From Polaromonas sp. (GTDB lineage: Bacteria; Pseudomonadota; Gammaproteobacteria; Burkholderiales; Burkholderiaceae_C): a stretch of DNA of 64,000 bases. The notes beneath the pieces were generated by a model that worked only from the letters and a program-made list of their open reading frames with translations, ran no database searches and was not told where the DNA came from. The translations under genes and the position numbers were made by a program. Shown in pieces: positions 28,322 to 35,845 of this stretch. The stretch lies in NCBI RefSeq assembly GCF_016185115.1, contig NZ_JACPOF010000029.1, positions 62,530-126,529 of the forward strand, read 5' to 3'. How positions within the stretch are numbered: position 1 is the stretch's first letter; each line of letters starts with the position of its first letter.

Positions 28322-29999
28322 GGAGCGTCTCCTTCTGGGTGGTTTTAAAAGCGGCAACAGGTCCCTGCCCTGTCACCATCATGAGCACATCAAAATCTTC
28401 TGCAGCAGGCCACACATCGCCAGCCCACGCAATGTGCTGGTCAGGGCGAATGAGTGTCAGGCGGCGGTTGTAAAGGGCGGGCATGGCCGGGTTGTCTGTC
28501 TGCAGGATCTTCAGCGGTATACCCAGTCGCTTTGCGTCTGCACTGGCTGCATTAAGGGACGATGGCGCCGCCGACGGCAAAGCCAGCAATGTAAAACCCT
28601 CCCCGAAGTTGTCAAACAGCGAACTGCCGTCGTGCAGCCAGGCGTGCGGCGCGCGCCCGCCCGGTGCCGAGCTGGGCACGTAGTTGAGGAAGTCACGCAT
28701 TGCAGGCGCCGCGCCGAGCACAGGCTGAACCACGGGCGAACTGGTGTAGCGATCGCCCAGAATCGTACCGAGGGTATAAAACTCGGAAAGTTTTTCGGCG
28801 TTGATGCGTTTGCCCACGCGCCGCCGTGCATCAGCACCTGCAGGCGTATCGTCCTCAAGCCCCGCCTCAAACAGCGCGTTGCTGAATTTGGAATGGTTGG
28901 TGGCGGCCTCCTGCAGCACATGCATGTGCACAGGCCGTCGCTCCAGTTCATAACTTTGCAGCAGCGTCTCGCCACCCCATCCCTGCAGCACTGCGGCCAG
29001 CTTCCAGCCCAGGTCAACGGCATCGCTGACACCCATGTTCATGCCGAAACCGCCATAGGGTGGGTGCAGGTGGCAGGCATCGCCTGCCAGAAAAGCGCGG
29101 CGGTCGCGGTAGCGGTCGGCCACCACGCGGTGTGCTACCCACTCGTCAATGCTGAGCACTTCAAACGGCAGGTCGATGCCGGTTGCGCGGCGTATCAGGT
29201 CTGCAGCCGTGTCTTTGGTCACCTGCACATCGGGTGCCAGCCCCGTCGGCATGAAGAACCAGCGGTCGCCGGAATCCATGGGCCCGATGAGGCTGGGCAC
29301 GTCATCGTTGATCTGCCAGTACATGATGGCTTTGCCGTGCGGGTGGGCCTCAGCCAGCCCGGGCGCATGGAAAACGATGTTGTAGTTTCTTGAAAGGCCA
29401 AAGGTGCCCTCCATGCTGGCACCTATCGCGCTGCGCACCAGGCTGCGTCCGCCATCACAGCCGGCGATGAATTGCGCTTCGATCTCGCGTTCAAGCCCGG
29501 TCTCCAGGTCGCGCACGATGGCCAGTACGCCGTCATCGTCCTGGGTAAAGCTGATCAGTTCGCAGTTGAGCTGCACATTCACGCTGGCCACCGTGTCCAG
29601 GTGCTGCCGCATCACACGCTCGACGGTGTACTGCGGTATCCATTGCGCATGCTCTGCATACAACGGGTTGCGGCCCGGCGCGCAATACAGCGCGTTGTCA
29701 AAGCGCGCCAGCATGTGGCCCGACATGCGCGTGGTGAACACGATGTTCGACGGGTAATCCACGCCGAAAGGCGCAGCATCACGCAGCGCATCCGCAATGC
29801 CCCAGCGCCTGAAGTGCTCACGCGTGCGCACGTTGGTGGTCTTGGCGCGCGGGGCCACACCAATGCGCGGGTTCTTCTCGATGACCAGGCACGGGATGCC
29901 GCGGTGGCCCAGCTCAATGGCCAGACCCTGCCCGGCCGGACCTGCGCCGACGATCAATACCTGTGTTTTCTGTCGCATGGTGGGTGCATGTGGGGTCAT
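28305..29999 (-). CDS. FAD-dependent aromatic-ring monooxygenase (PheA/TfdB/MhpA-like)
   Basis: VLIVGAGPAGQGLAIEL dinucleotide fold, DG and GD motifs (AGDACH), and a thioredoxin-like C-terminal domain. 564 aa. Confidence 0.88.
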   Translation of the reverse strand: MTPHAPTMRQKTQVLIVGAGPAGQGLAIELGHRGIPCLVIEKNPRIGVAPRAKTTNVRTREHFRRWGIADALRDAAPFGVDYPSNIVFTTRMSGHMLARFDNALYCAPGRNPLYAEHAQWIPQYTVERVMRQHLDTVASVNVQLNCELISFTQDDDGVLAIVRDLETGLEREIEAQFIAGCDGGRSLVRSAIGASMEGTFGLSRNYNIVFHAPGLAEAHPHGKAIMYWQINDDVPSLIGPMDSGDRWFFMPTGLAPDVQVTKDTAADLIRRATGIDLPFEVLSIDEWVAHRVVADRYRDRRAFLAGDACHLHPPYGGFGMNMGVSDAVDLGWKLAAVLQGWGGETLLQSYELERRPVHMHVLQEAATNHSKFSNALFEAGLEDDTPAGADARRRVGKRINAEKLSEFYTLGTILGDRYTSSPVVQPVLGAAPAMRDFLNYVPSSAPGGRAPHAWLHDGSSLFDNFGEGFTLLALPSAAPSSLNAASADAKRLGIPLKILQTDNPAMPALYNRRLTLIRPDQHIAWAGDVWPAAEDFDVLMMVTGQGPVAAFKTTQKETLHESGT

Positions 30000-30013
30000 G
30001 GGGCGTATCCGTA

Positions 30014-31009
30014 TCAGTCGATGGTGGCGCCGGTGCGCTTGACCATGTCGGCGTAGTACACGGTCTCGGTGCCAATCAGCCGGACCAGGGCGGCGGGCGT
30101 CTGGGCATCGGGCAGAAAACCGAAGCCGGCGAACTTCTCTATCACCTCAGGCTGCTTGAGCACATCACCCAGGCTTCGGTTGAGCGTGTTGACGACCGCG
30201 GATGGCGTGCCTTTGGGCGCCATCACGGCGACCCAGCTGCGCACCTGGATATCCTTCGGCCCACCAGCTTCCTGGAAGGTCGGTACGTCAGGCAGGACGG
30301 TAGAGCGCGCGCTGTCCGCCACGGCGATCAGGCGCAGCTTGCCGGCCTTGACCAGCGCCGAGGTGCTGGCCACGGAGCCCATGGCCCAGTCCACCTCGCC
30401 AGTCGATACCGCCAGATACAGCTGCGAGATCTCCTTGTAGGGAACATGCAGCATCTTTGTGCCGGTGACGGCTTCGACCTGCGCAGCGCCCAGATGCAAT
30501 GGCCCACCCACGGAGTTGGAGCCATAGGTGATCTTGCCGGGGTTGGCGCTTGCGGCGGCGATCAGGTCTTTCACAGTACGTATGGGGCTGTTGGCGCCCA
30601 CGGCGATGAAAAAAGAGGTGCGGTAAATGCCGCCCACCGGCACGAAGTCGGTCTTGGGGTTGTAGGGCAGGTTTTTGAAGAGTGCCGGGCTGATGGCCAG
30701 GTGGCCTACATCGGCCAGCAGCAGGTCGTAGCCGGTGGGAGCGGCCTGCTTGACGGCTCCCGCCGCCAGGAAACCATTTGCACCCGGGCGGGCATCCACC
30801 ACCACAGGCTGCTTCCACGCAGCACTCAGGCGCTCACCCACGATGCGGGCGACGACGTCGGGGCCGCTGCCAGCGGGGAAAGGCGAAATCAGGCGCACAG
30901 GCTGGGCCGGGAAGGACTGCGCCAGTGCAGCTGGCGATGTCGTGGCCGCCAAAAGGCCCGCCAATACCGCCGCGCATACCGCCACAGAAGCCAGGAATCG
31001 TTGCTTCAT
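30014..31009 (-). CDS. Bug-family (TctC-like) substrate-binding protein
   Basis: ATG 31009 preceded by GGAGA. Signal peptide ..ALAQSFPAQPVRLISPFPAGSGPD. The ORF-track extension to 31126 was rejected. Confidence 0.9.
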   Translation of the reverse strand: MKQRFLASVAVCAAVLAGLLAATTSPAALAQSFPAQPVRLISPFPAGSGPDVVARIVGERLSAAWKQPVVVDARPGANGFLAAGAVKQAAPTGYDLLLADVGHLAISPALFKNLPYNPKTDFVPVGGIYRTSFFIAVGANSPIRTVKDLIAAASANPGKITYGSNSVGGPLHLGAAQVEAVTGTKMLHVPYKEISQLYLAVSTGEVDWAMGSVASTSALVKAGKLRLIAVADSARSTVLPDVPTFQEAGGPKDIQVRSWVAVMAPKGTPSAVVNTLNRSLGDVLKQPEVIEKFAGFGFLPDAQTPAALVRLIGTETVYYADMVKRTGATID

Positions 31010-31192
31010 GCTTGTCTCCAGATTTTTATAAGAAAGGGCAGCACGGATGCTAGGGACACCGGCGTTGAGGCGACAGACCTCAAATATGACCAAAATATGC
31101 CTTTTAGGCATCACAAACCCTTGCAAAAGGTTGTTTTCATCTAAAAAGGTATGGGAAACCCTTAGAAGACAGGTTTATTGCCATCAATCACA

Positions 31193-31294
31193 CTTTTTGG
31201 CCCCAAAAAGGCATCAAAAGGCCTATTTTTAGCCTCGAATATGGCTATAGCCCTTTAAATACGGGCGTGAGCAGCTACTAAATACATAGCAAAA
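31193..31294 (+). repeat. tail-half copy of the AT-rich intergenic repeat family
   Basis: ..AAAAGGCCTATTTTTAGCC..GGCTATAGCCCTTTAAATACGGGCGTGAGCAGCTACTAAATACATAGCAAAAC aligns with the 3' halves of the copies at 44274, 54291 and 59915. Confidence 0.7.
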
Positions 31295-31301
31295 CTGGCG
31301 T

Positions 31302-31332
31302 AAAAAAGCCCACTCCTGTGCGGGAGCGGGCT
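31302..31332 (-). terminator. intrinsic terminator of the Bug gene ending at 31368
   Basis: The - strand reads AAGCCCGCTCCCGCACAGGAGTGGGCTTTTTTA, a GC-rich stem followed by a T-run. Confidence 0.6.
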
Positions 31333-31367
31333 TGTCGGCGCCAACAACGGGCGGATCAAGCGGCTTG

Positions 31368-32378
31368 TCAGTCCGCCTTCGCGCCGGATGACTTGATGAT
31401 CCCGGCCCAGCGTGGGATTTCCAGCTGCAGGCGCTGCGTCACGCGCTCGGGGGCACCGCCTTCAGCCTCGGCACCGACTACCTGAAGTCGCGCGCGGGCT
31501 GTGGGGGTCTGCAGCGCCTTGTTCAGGGCTGCGTTGAGCTTCTGAACCACCTCAGGCGGCGTGCCGCGCGGCGCCATCAGCGATATCCACGAGCTCACGT
31601 CAAAGTCCTTGTAGCCCAGCTCTTTCAGGGTTGGCGTGTCGGGCAACAGCGTGGAGCGTTTCGGCGTGGTCACGGCCAGCGCGCGCAGCTTGCCGCTGCT
31701 GACCAGTGGTGAAGCCGTGGGCACGATGTCCATCATCACGTCTATCCGGCCAGCCATCAGTTCATTGAGAGCGGGCGCGCTGCCCTTGTACGGCACATGC
31801 AGCCACTTGATGCCGCTTTTCTCCTGGAAGTACTCACCCATCAGGTGGTTGATGCTGCCGCTGCCAGCCGAGCCCATGTTCAGCTGCTGCTTGGAAGCTT
31901 TTGACAGGCCCACCAGTTCGCTGACCTTGCCGGCCTTGACATTCGGGTTGACCACCAGCACGCCGGGGGTGCTCGCGTACCAGATCACCGGGTCAAAGCG
32001 CGTGAGCGGGTCGAAGTTGCGGTCCTTGTAGAGAGACGGGCTCATGGACAGCGGGCCAGCGGCACCTACGGCCAGCGTGTAGCCGTCAGGCGCCGAAGCG
32101 GCCACCTGTTCATAAGCCAGCAACCCGCCCGCGCCCGGGCGATTCTCGACAACAAAAGCCTGGTTGAGCGCTTCTGTCAGCGCGACGGCCATCTGCCGGC
32201 CAATCAGGTCGACAGCGCCACCGGCGGCAAAGGGCACGATCAGGCGCACCGGTTTGGCGGGGTAGGCCGCAGCCGTCTGGGCGCTGGAACCAGCGGCCAC
32301 ACAAAGCGCGCCGGTCAGCAGAGCCAGGGTTCGAATGGAAGAGAGAGCTGCGCGGCGGCCGTTGTTGAAGGGGTTCAT
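31368..32378 (-). CDS. Bug-family (TctC-like) substrate-binding protein
   Basis: ATG 32378 preceded by GGAGACAAC. Signal peptide ..SSAQTAAAYPAKPVRLIVPFAAGG. The 470 aa ORF-track version is an artefactual upstream extension. Confidence 0.9.
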   Translation of the reverse strand: MNPFNNGRRAALSSIRTLALLTGALCVAAGSSAQTAAAYPAKPVRLIVPFAAGGAVDLIGRQMAVALTEALNQAFVVENRPGAGGLLAYEQVAASAPDGYTLAVGAAGPLSMSPSLYKDRNFDPLTRFDPVIWYASTPGVLVVNPNVKAGKVSELVGLSKASKQQLNMGSAGSGSINHLMGEYFQEKSGIKWLHVPYKGSAPALNELMAGRIDVMMDIVPTASPLVSSGKLRALAVTTPKRSTLLPDTPTLKELGYKDFDVSSWISLMAPRGTPPEVVQKLNAALNKALQTPTARARLQVVGAEAEGGAPERVTQRLQLEIPRWAGIIKSSGAKAD

Positions 32379-32460
32379 GTTGTGTTGTCTCCAGTGCTTC
32401 AGCATTGACATTGGGAGGCCGGCACGAATGGGTGCGGCCCGAAAAGCAAAACAAATATTG

Positions 32461-32495
32461 TTCTTTTCAAAAGAATAACATTTCTTTAAAAGAAA
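32461..32495. promoter_or_regulatory. two tandem 7-1-7 palindromes (TTCTTTTCAAAAGAA and TTTCTTTAAAAGAAA), candidate IclR operator
   Basis: Read directly. The centres are 20 bp apart, and the pair is nested in an outer inverted repeat ATATTGTT...AACAATAT. Lies in the divergent Bug / IclR intergenic region. Confidence 0.45.
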
Positions 32496-32580
32496 CAATA
32501 TACTTTGTTGAAATTTTCTCGGGAAGGGGCCGGTCACCCGTTGCGCGACGTGACTGCACAGGGACACATGCACAATCGAA

Positions 32581-33444
32581 ATGCCCCCACCCTCCCGTAA
32601 ATCCATCCACATGCCACGGACCACCGCCGCAAAACAAAACAGCCCCCGCACCGCCGCCACACCGGCCGGCCCGGGCATTCTTGAGTCCGTCGGCATTGTT
32701 TTCGACATCCTCGACAAGCTGACCCAGGCCGGGCGGCCGCTGGGCGTGACTGAGCTTGCACAGCTCATGAACGAACCCAAGCCGCGTGTCTACCGGCACC
32801 TGGCCTCCATGCGCCAGCTAGGTGTGGTCGAACAGGAAGCGCTCAGTGAAAAGTACCGCCTGGGCGCGCGGCTGGTCGGCTACGGCGCAGCTGCCAACAA
32901 CCAGTTTGATTTGCGCGCGCTGGCCACCCCCTACCTCAACCGCCTGCGCGATGCGACCGGCGAGACCGCCGTGCTGTCAGTGGCCGACCAGGCCTCGGCG
33001 CTGGTGATTGCGTCTGCAGATTCCGCCAACCCGGTCTGCATATCCGTCAAGCCAGGCAACCGCGTGCCCGTGCACAGCTCTGCGCAGGGGCGCATCGTGC
33101 TGGCCTGGTGCGATGCCGCGACGCAAAGGAAACTGCTCAAACCCAAGCTGCAGCGCTTTACCGACAAATCGTCGGTTGACCCGCAGGAAGTACTTGAGCG
33201 CCTGGCACGCATTCGCGAGCGGCTTTATGAAGACGCCAACGGCGAAATGATTGAAGGCGTCAACGTGCTGGCCGCGCCCATCTTCTCGGCCGGCGATGAG
33301 CTGGTCGGCGTGATCGGCATCATCGGCGCCGCGCGCGACGTGCCCTCCCCGCCCGCCAGCAAGCTGCTCAAGGCCGTGCAGGGGACTGCAGCAGAAATCA
33401 GCGCCAGGCTGGGAAGCGACATCTACGAGCGGCCGCGCAAATAA
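32581..33444 (+). CDS. IclR-family transcriptional regulator
   Basis: HTH region (ILDKLTQAGRPLGVTELAQLMNEPKPRVYRHLASM) and an IclR effector domain. The alternative start at ATG 32611 is equally possible. Confidence 0.88.
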   Translation: MPPPSRKSIHMPRTTAAKQNSPRTAATPAGPGILESVGIVFDILDKLTQAGRPLGVTELAQLMNEPKPRVYRHLASMRQLGVVEQEALSEKYRLGARLVGYGAAANNQFDLRALATPYLNRLRDATGETAVLSVADQASALVIASADSANPVCISVKPGNRVPVHSSAQGRIVLAWCDAATQRKLLKPKLQRFTDKSSVDPQEVLERLARIRERLYEDANGEMIEGVNVLAAPIFSAGDELVGVIGIIGAARDVPSPPASKLLKAVQGTAAEISARLGSDIYERPRK

Positions 33445-33469
33445 ACAAACCATTCAAGGACAAGGACAT

Positions 33470-34522
33470 ATGGCCAACCTGCAGACCACGATAGGCAGCA
33501 TCACCCTGAAGAACCCGGTGATCTGCGGATCGGGCGAACACACCATGAGCGCAGAAGGCATACGCGCGGCGATTGCCAGTGGTGCGGGCGCAGTCGTGGC
33601 CAAATCCACCAACGAATCTGCAGCGGCCAAATCACAGCTGGACAAAACCGACTACCGCCTGCTGGACGAGAACTGGCAGGCCGTGCCCTGGGACTTCAAT
33701 GTGCCGCGCGACGCCACTGTGTTCTGCAGGTCGGGCCTGATACAGCAGGACTTCGAACCATGGATGGCGCAACTGCTCGCCCTTGACAGGGAAGCCGCCG
33801 CTGCTGGCAGCTACGTCATACCCAGCCTGATATTGAGCGGCCTGGACCAGTGCGTGGCTTACGCACAGCAGATTGAAAAAATGGGTTTTCGCATTCTCGA
33901 AGTGAACATAGGCGCACCGCATGGCGATGAGGCCGCCAAGGGCGCCATCATTCTTGAGCGTGATGCCGGCCGCATCACCACCATCGTCAGTCGCCTGCGC
34001 GCCGCCACAAAACTCCCGCTGTGGATCAAGCTCACCGGCCAGAGCGAAGACCCCGCCGCCCTGGCGGTGGCGGCAAAAGACGCCGGCGCCGATGCCGTGG
34101 TGCTGATGGGCCGCTTCATGGGTTTCATGCCTGACCTCGAAACACAGGCACCCCTGCTCAACACATCGGCAGCGATAGGCGGCGGCTGGGCCCTGCCGCT
34201 CACGGCACGCTGCATTGCACTGGCACGCAAACGTGTGGGCCGCAGCTACCCGCTGCTGGCCACCAACGGCGCACGCAGCGGTCTTGATGTCGCACGCTTT
34301 TTGTTGTCAGGCGCAGCGGCTACAGAGATGGCTTCACTGGTACTGATGCGGGGTTATCGCGCGCTGACAGAAGCGATTGCTGAACTTGATGCCTACCTCG
34401 ATGGTTGCGGCAAGTCAGCTGCCGATATCACAGGCACTGCTGCAGACAGTCTGCAAACCTATGGCCAGCAGGCAGACAGGCCTGGCATCTGGCGCGACTT
34501 TGTGCCGCCCGTGAATGTGTAG
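33470..34522 (+). CDS. dihydroorotate dehydrogenase-family (class 1 DHOD / DPD-B-like) TIM-barrel flavoprotein
   Basis: LKNPVICGSG start, and EVNIGAPH, WIKLTG and NGARSG motifs of the DHOD/DHPD family. Confidence 0.7.
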   Translation: MANLQTTIGSITLKNPVICGSGEHTMSAEGIRAAIASGAGAVVAKSTNESAAAKSQLDKTDYRLLDENWQAVPWDFNVPRDATVFCRSGLIQQDFEPWMAQLLALDREAAAAGSYVIPSLILSGLDQCVAYAQQIEKMGFRILEVNIGAPHGDEAAKGAIILERDAGRITTIVSRLRAATKLPLWIKLTGQSEDPAALAVAAKDAGADAVVLMGRFMGFMPDLETQAPLLNTSAAIGGGWALPLTARCIALARKRVGRSYPLLATNGARSGLDVARFLLSGAAATEMASLVLMRGYRALTEAIAELDAYLDGCGKSAADITGTAADSLQTYGQQADRPGIWRDFVPPVNV

Positions 34523-34795
34523 GGTCTTCCCCATACTGGTCACGGTTGTCCCAGCACTTTCAAGAGCTAAAAAGACTTGCAGCCCAGTAGTGGCGGCCTT
34601 GTCTGAAGACATGCTCCTTCTGTGAACGCATTCCGGTCACTGGAAAACCCTCCCAAAGTACAGACAGGTTTTCGATATGCCCGGGCTATAGTGCAGGCAA
34701 TAACCGCAAAAACAGTTTGCGGGGTTTGACGGATTCTTTATGAACGTACAACCACGTACAAAAATATCGGCAAACCCGATACACATGCCGGTTCC

Positions 34796-34872
34796 AGGAG
34801 GATTTTCATGACCAGCTTATGTTGCAGTTGCCAGGTTAGGCCGTAGGTGTTGCGGCACACATTACGTTAGAC
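34796..34872 (+). promoter_or_regulatory. attI-like left junction: SD plus 12-codon mini-ORF overlapping four direct GTT-N4 repeats
   Basis: AGGAGG (34796-34801), 6 nt, then ATG 34808...TAG 34846 (MTSLCCSCQVRP). GTTGCAG at 34821, GTTAGGC at 34835, GTTGCGG at 34849 and GTTAGAC at 34866. The last is identical to the R' core of the middle attC. Confidence 0.35.
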
Positions 34873-34949
34873 CTCATGGAGAACAATCACACGCTGTAAC
34901 AGTGCCAGCGAAACTAGGTCATCCAAGATTAAGAACTGAGGGGTAGGAA

Positions 34950-35159
34950 ATGAGTCCAACAATAGCTCCACCGATACCAGAGAAATGCGAAAAATGCGCG
35001 CGTTGCGTTGAGGTAGCCATAACTAGTAACCCATTTGATTTCGATGCTCCGTCGTTCAACTCGGAATGCAACCTCGATGGTTGTCCGGTAAACGCGCGGA
35101 ATCAGCCAAACTCGGATGAACGGGTGAATGTCTATTTCGTGAATTGTGATGAGGCCTAA
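34950..35159 (+). CDS. cassette 1: small Cys-rich hypothetical protein (69 aa)
   Basis: ATG preceded by GAGGGG. Cys at positions 13, 16, 19, 40, 45 and 66. The stop TAA lies inside the degenerate inverse core GCCTAAT. An overlapping TTG-start ORF on the - strand is the alternative reading. Confidence 0.4.
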   Translation: MSPTIAPPIPEKCEKCARCVEVAITSNPFDFDAPSFNSECNLDGCPVNARNQPNSDERVNVYFVNCDEA

Positions 35160-35243
35160 TTTATCAATCGACAAGGACGCACAACAGCAGACTGTGGTTT
35201 TGCCGCAAGTGTTGGTTGTACGGTCATTTTTGCGTTAAACCGC
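35151..35243 (+). repeat. attC-like site 1 (degenerate): GCCTAAT ... GTTAAAC
   Basis: 87 bp from R'' to R', the same length as site 2. An ungapped alignment to site 2 gives 52/93 identities by hand count, with shared blocks TCGACA.GGA and GCCG...GTGTTG. Its own arm pairing is weak. Confidence 0.55.
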
Positions 35244-35244
35244 A

Positions 35245-35667
35245 ATGGCTATGGACCTTGCACTTTCTCAGGCCACTGCGAGTGCATTTCTGGAGGCATT
35301 TCGGCGCTGCGAGCCTGACGCCAATGACTCAAAGTACTTCATGGCATTCCCTGCATTGGTCTGCGCTGCCTTTTCTGCCGAGGTGGGGCTCAAGACAATT
35401 TTAAAAAGGGAGGGGAAAAGTGCGCATGGTCATGATCTTCTCTCTCTATTCATGCAGCTTTCAGACGAGAAAAAGATCGAAATCGCAGATGAAACCGGCA
35501 TTTCAATTGAAGACTTTGCAGCGCATCTAAACCACTCGAAAAAAGCGTTCTTGGAATGGCGCTATATCTATGAAGAGTCTGGCGAAAAAATGATTAGTCT
35601 TCTTTTCATTGGAAAATTCGCCGCAGCTGTCGAGGCGGCGGGCCTCAGAATGAAAAATGCGGTCTAA
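35245..35667 (+). CDS. cassette 2: HEPN-like domain protein (140 aa)
   Basis: All-helical-looking sequence with R55-x5-H61 (LKREGKSAHGHDLLSLF) and a downstream FLEWRYIYE, resembling HEPN signatures. The ATG starts 5 nt after the preceding GTTAAAC. The stop TAA lies inside GTCTAAC. Confidence 0.55.
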   Translation: MAMDLALSQATASAFLEAFRRCEPDANDSKYFMAFPALVCAAFSAEVGLKTILKREGKSAHGHDLLSLFMQLSDEKKIEIADETGISIEDFAAHLNHSKKAFLEWRYIYEESGEKMISLLFIGKFAAAVEAAGLRMKNAV

Positions 35668-35751
35668 CATGTTGCTCGACACGGAAACACAACTACACAC
35701 TCGTACTTCGCCGATCGTGTTGCGCTCCTGTCAGCCTCGATGTTAGACCGC
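35659..35751 (+). repeat. attC-like site 2: GTCTAAC ... GTTAGAC
   Basis: Perfect 12-bp terminal inverted repeat GCGGTCTAACAT / ATGTTAGACCGC. The arms continue to pair (GCT, GACA, GGA) with single bulged bases. 87 bp from R'' to R'. Confidence 0.75.
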
Positions 35752-35845
35752 ACATTCACCTCTGTGTCAACGCGAAGCTTGAAGACGACCAGCACCTGAA
35801 CTTGAATTTGAACTCAGCCCGTGCATACAAAATCGAATACCCGAC

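Noticed and set aside
31368-32780. 470 aa version of the Bug gene. The same applies to the 506 aa ORF at 46586-48106, the 407 aa ORF at 5133-6356 and the 370 aa ORF at 30014-31126.
   Set aside because: The upstream extensions cross intergenic operator regions or neighbouring genes. Internal ATGs preceded by GGAGA-type Shine-Dalgarno sequences give normal 320-336 aa precursors that begin with signal peptides.
34523-34800. Search for an integron integrase gene or remnant to the left of the cassette array.
   Set aside because: All three minus-strand frames of this 280 bp region were translated by hand. They give only short, stop-interrupted peptides (for example MKILLEPACVSGLPIFLYVVVRS) with no tyrosine-recombinase motifs. 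No recombinase is present anywhere in the window.
34726-34872. A complete fourth attC at the left edge of the array.
   Set aside because: GTTAGACC is present at 34866, but no RYYYAAC heptamer and no TCGAC..GG L-box homologue occur within 140 bp upstream. The region was therefore treated as an attI-like or remnant junction instead.
34929-35174. 81 aa - strand ORF overlapping cassette 1.
   Set aside because: It needs a TTG start and has no Shine-Dalgarno sequence. The + strand ORF has an ATG, an SD-like GAGGGG and a stop inside the inverse core, as in the next cassette. It is kept as an explicit alternative in the finding.
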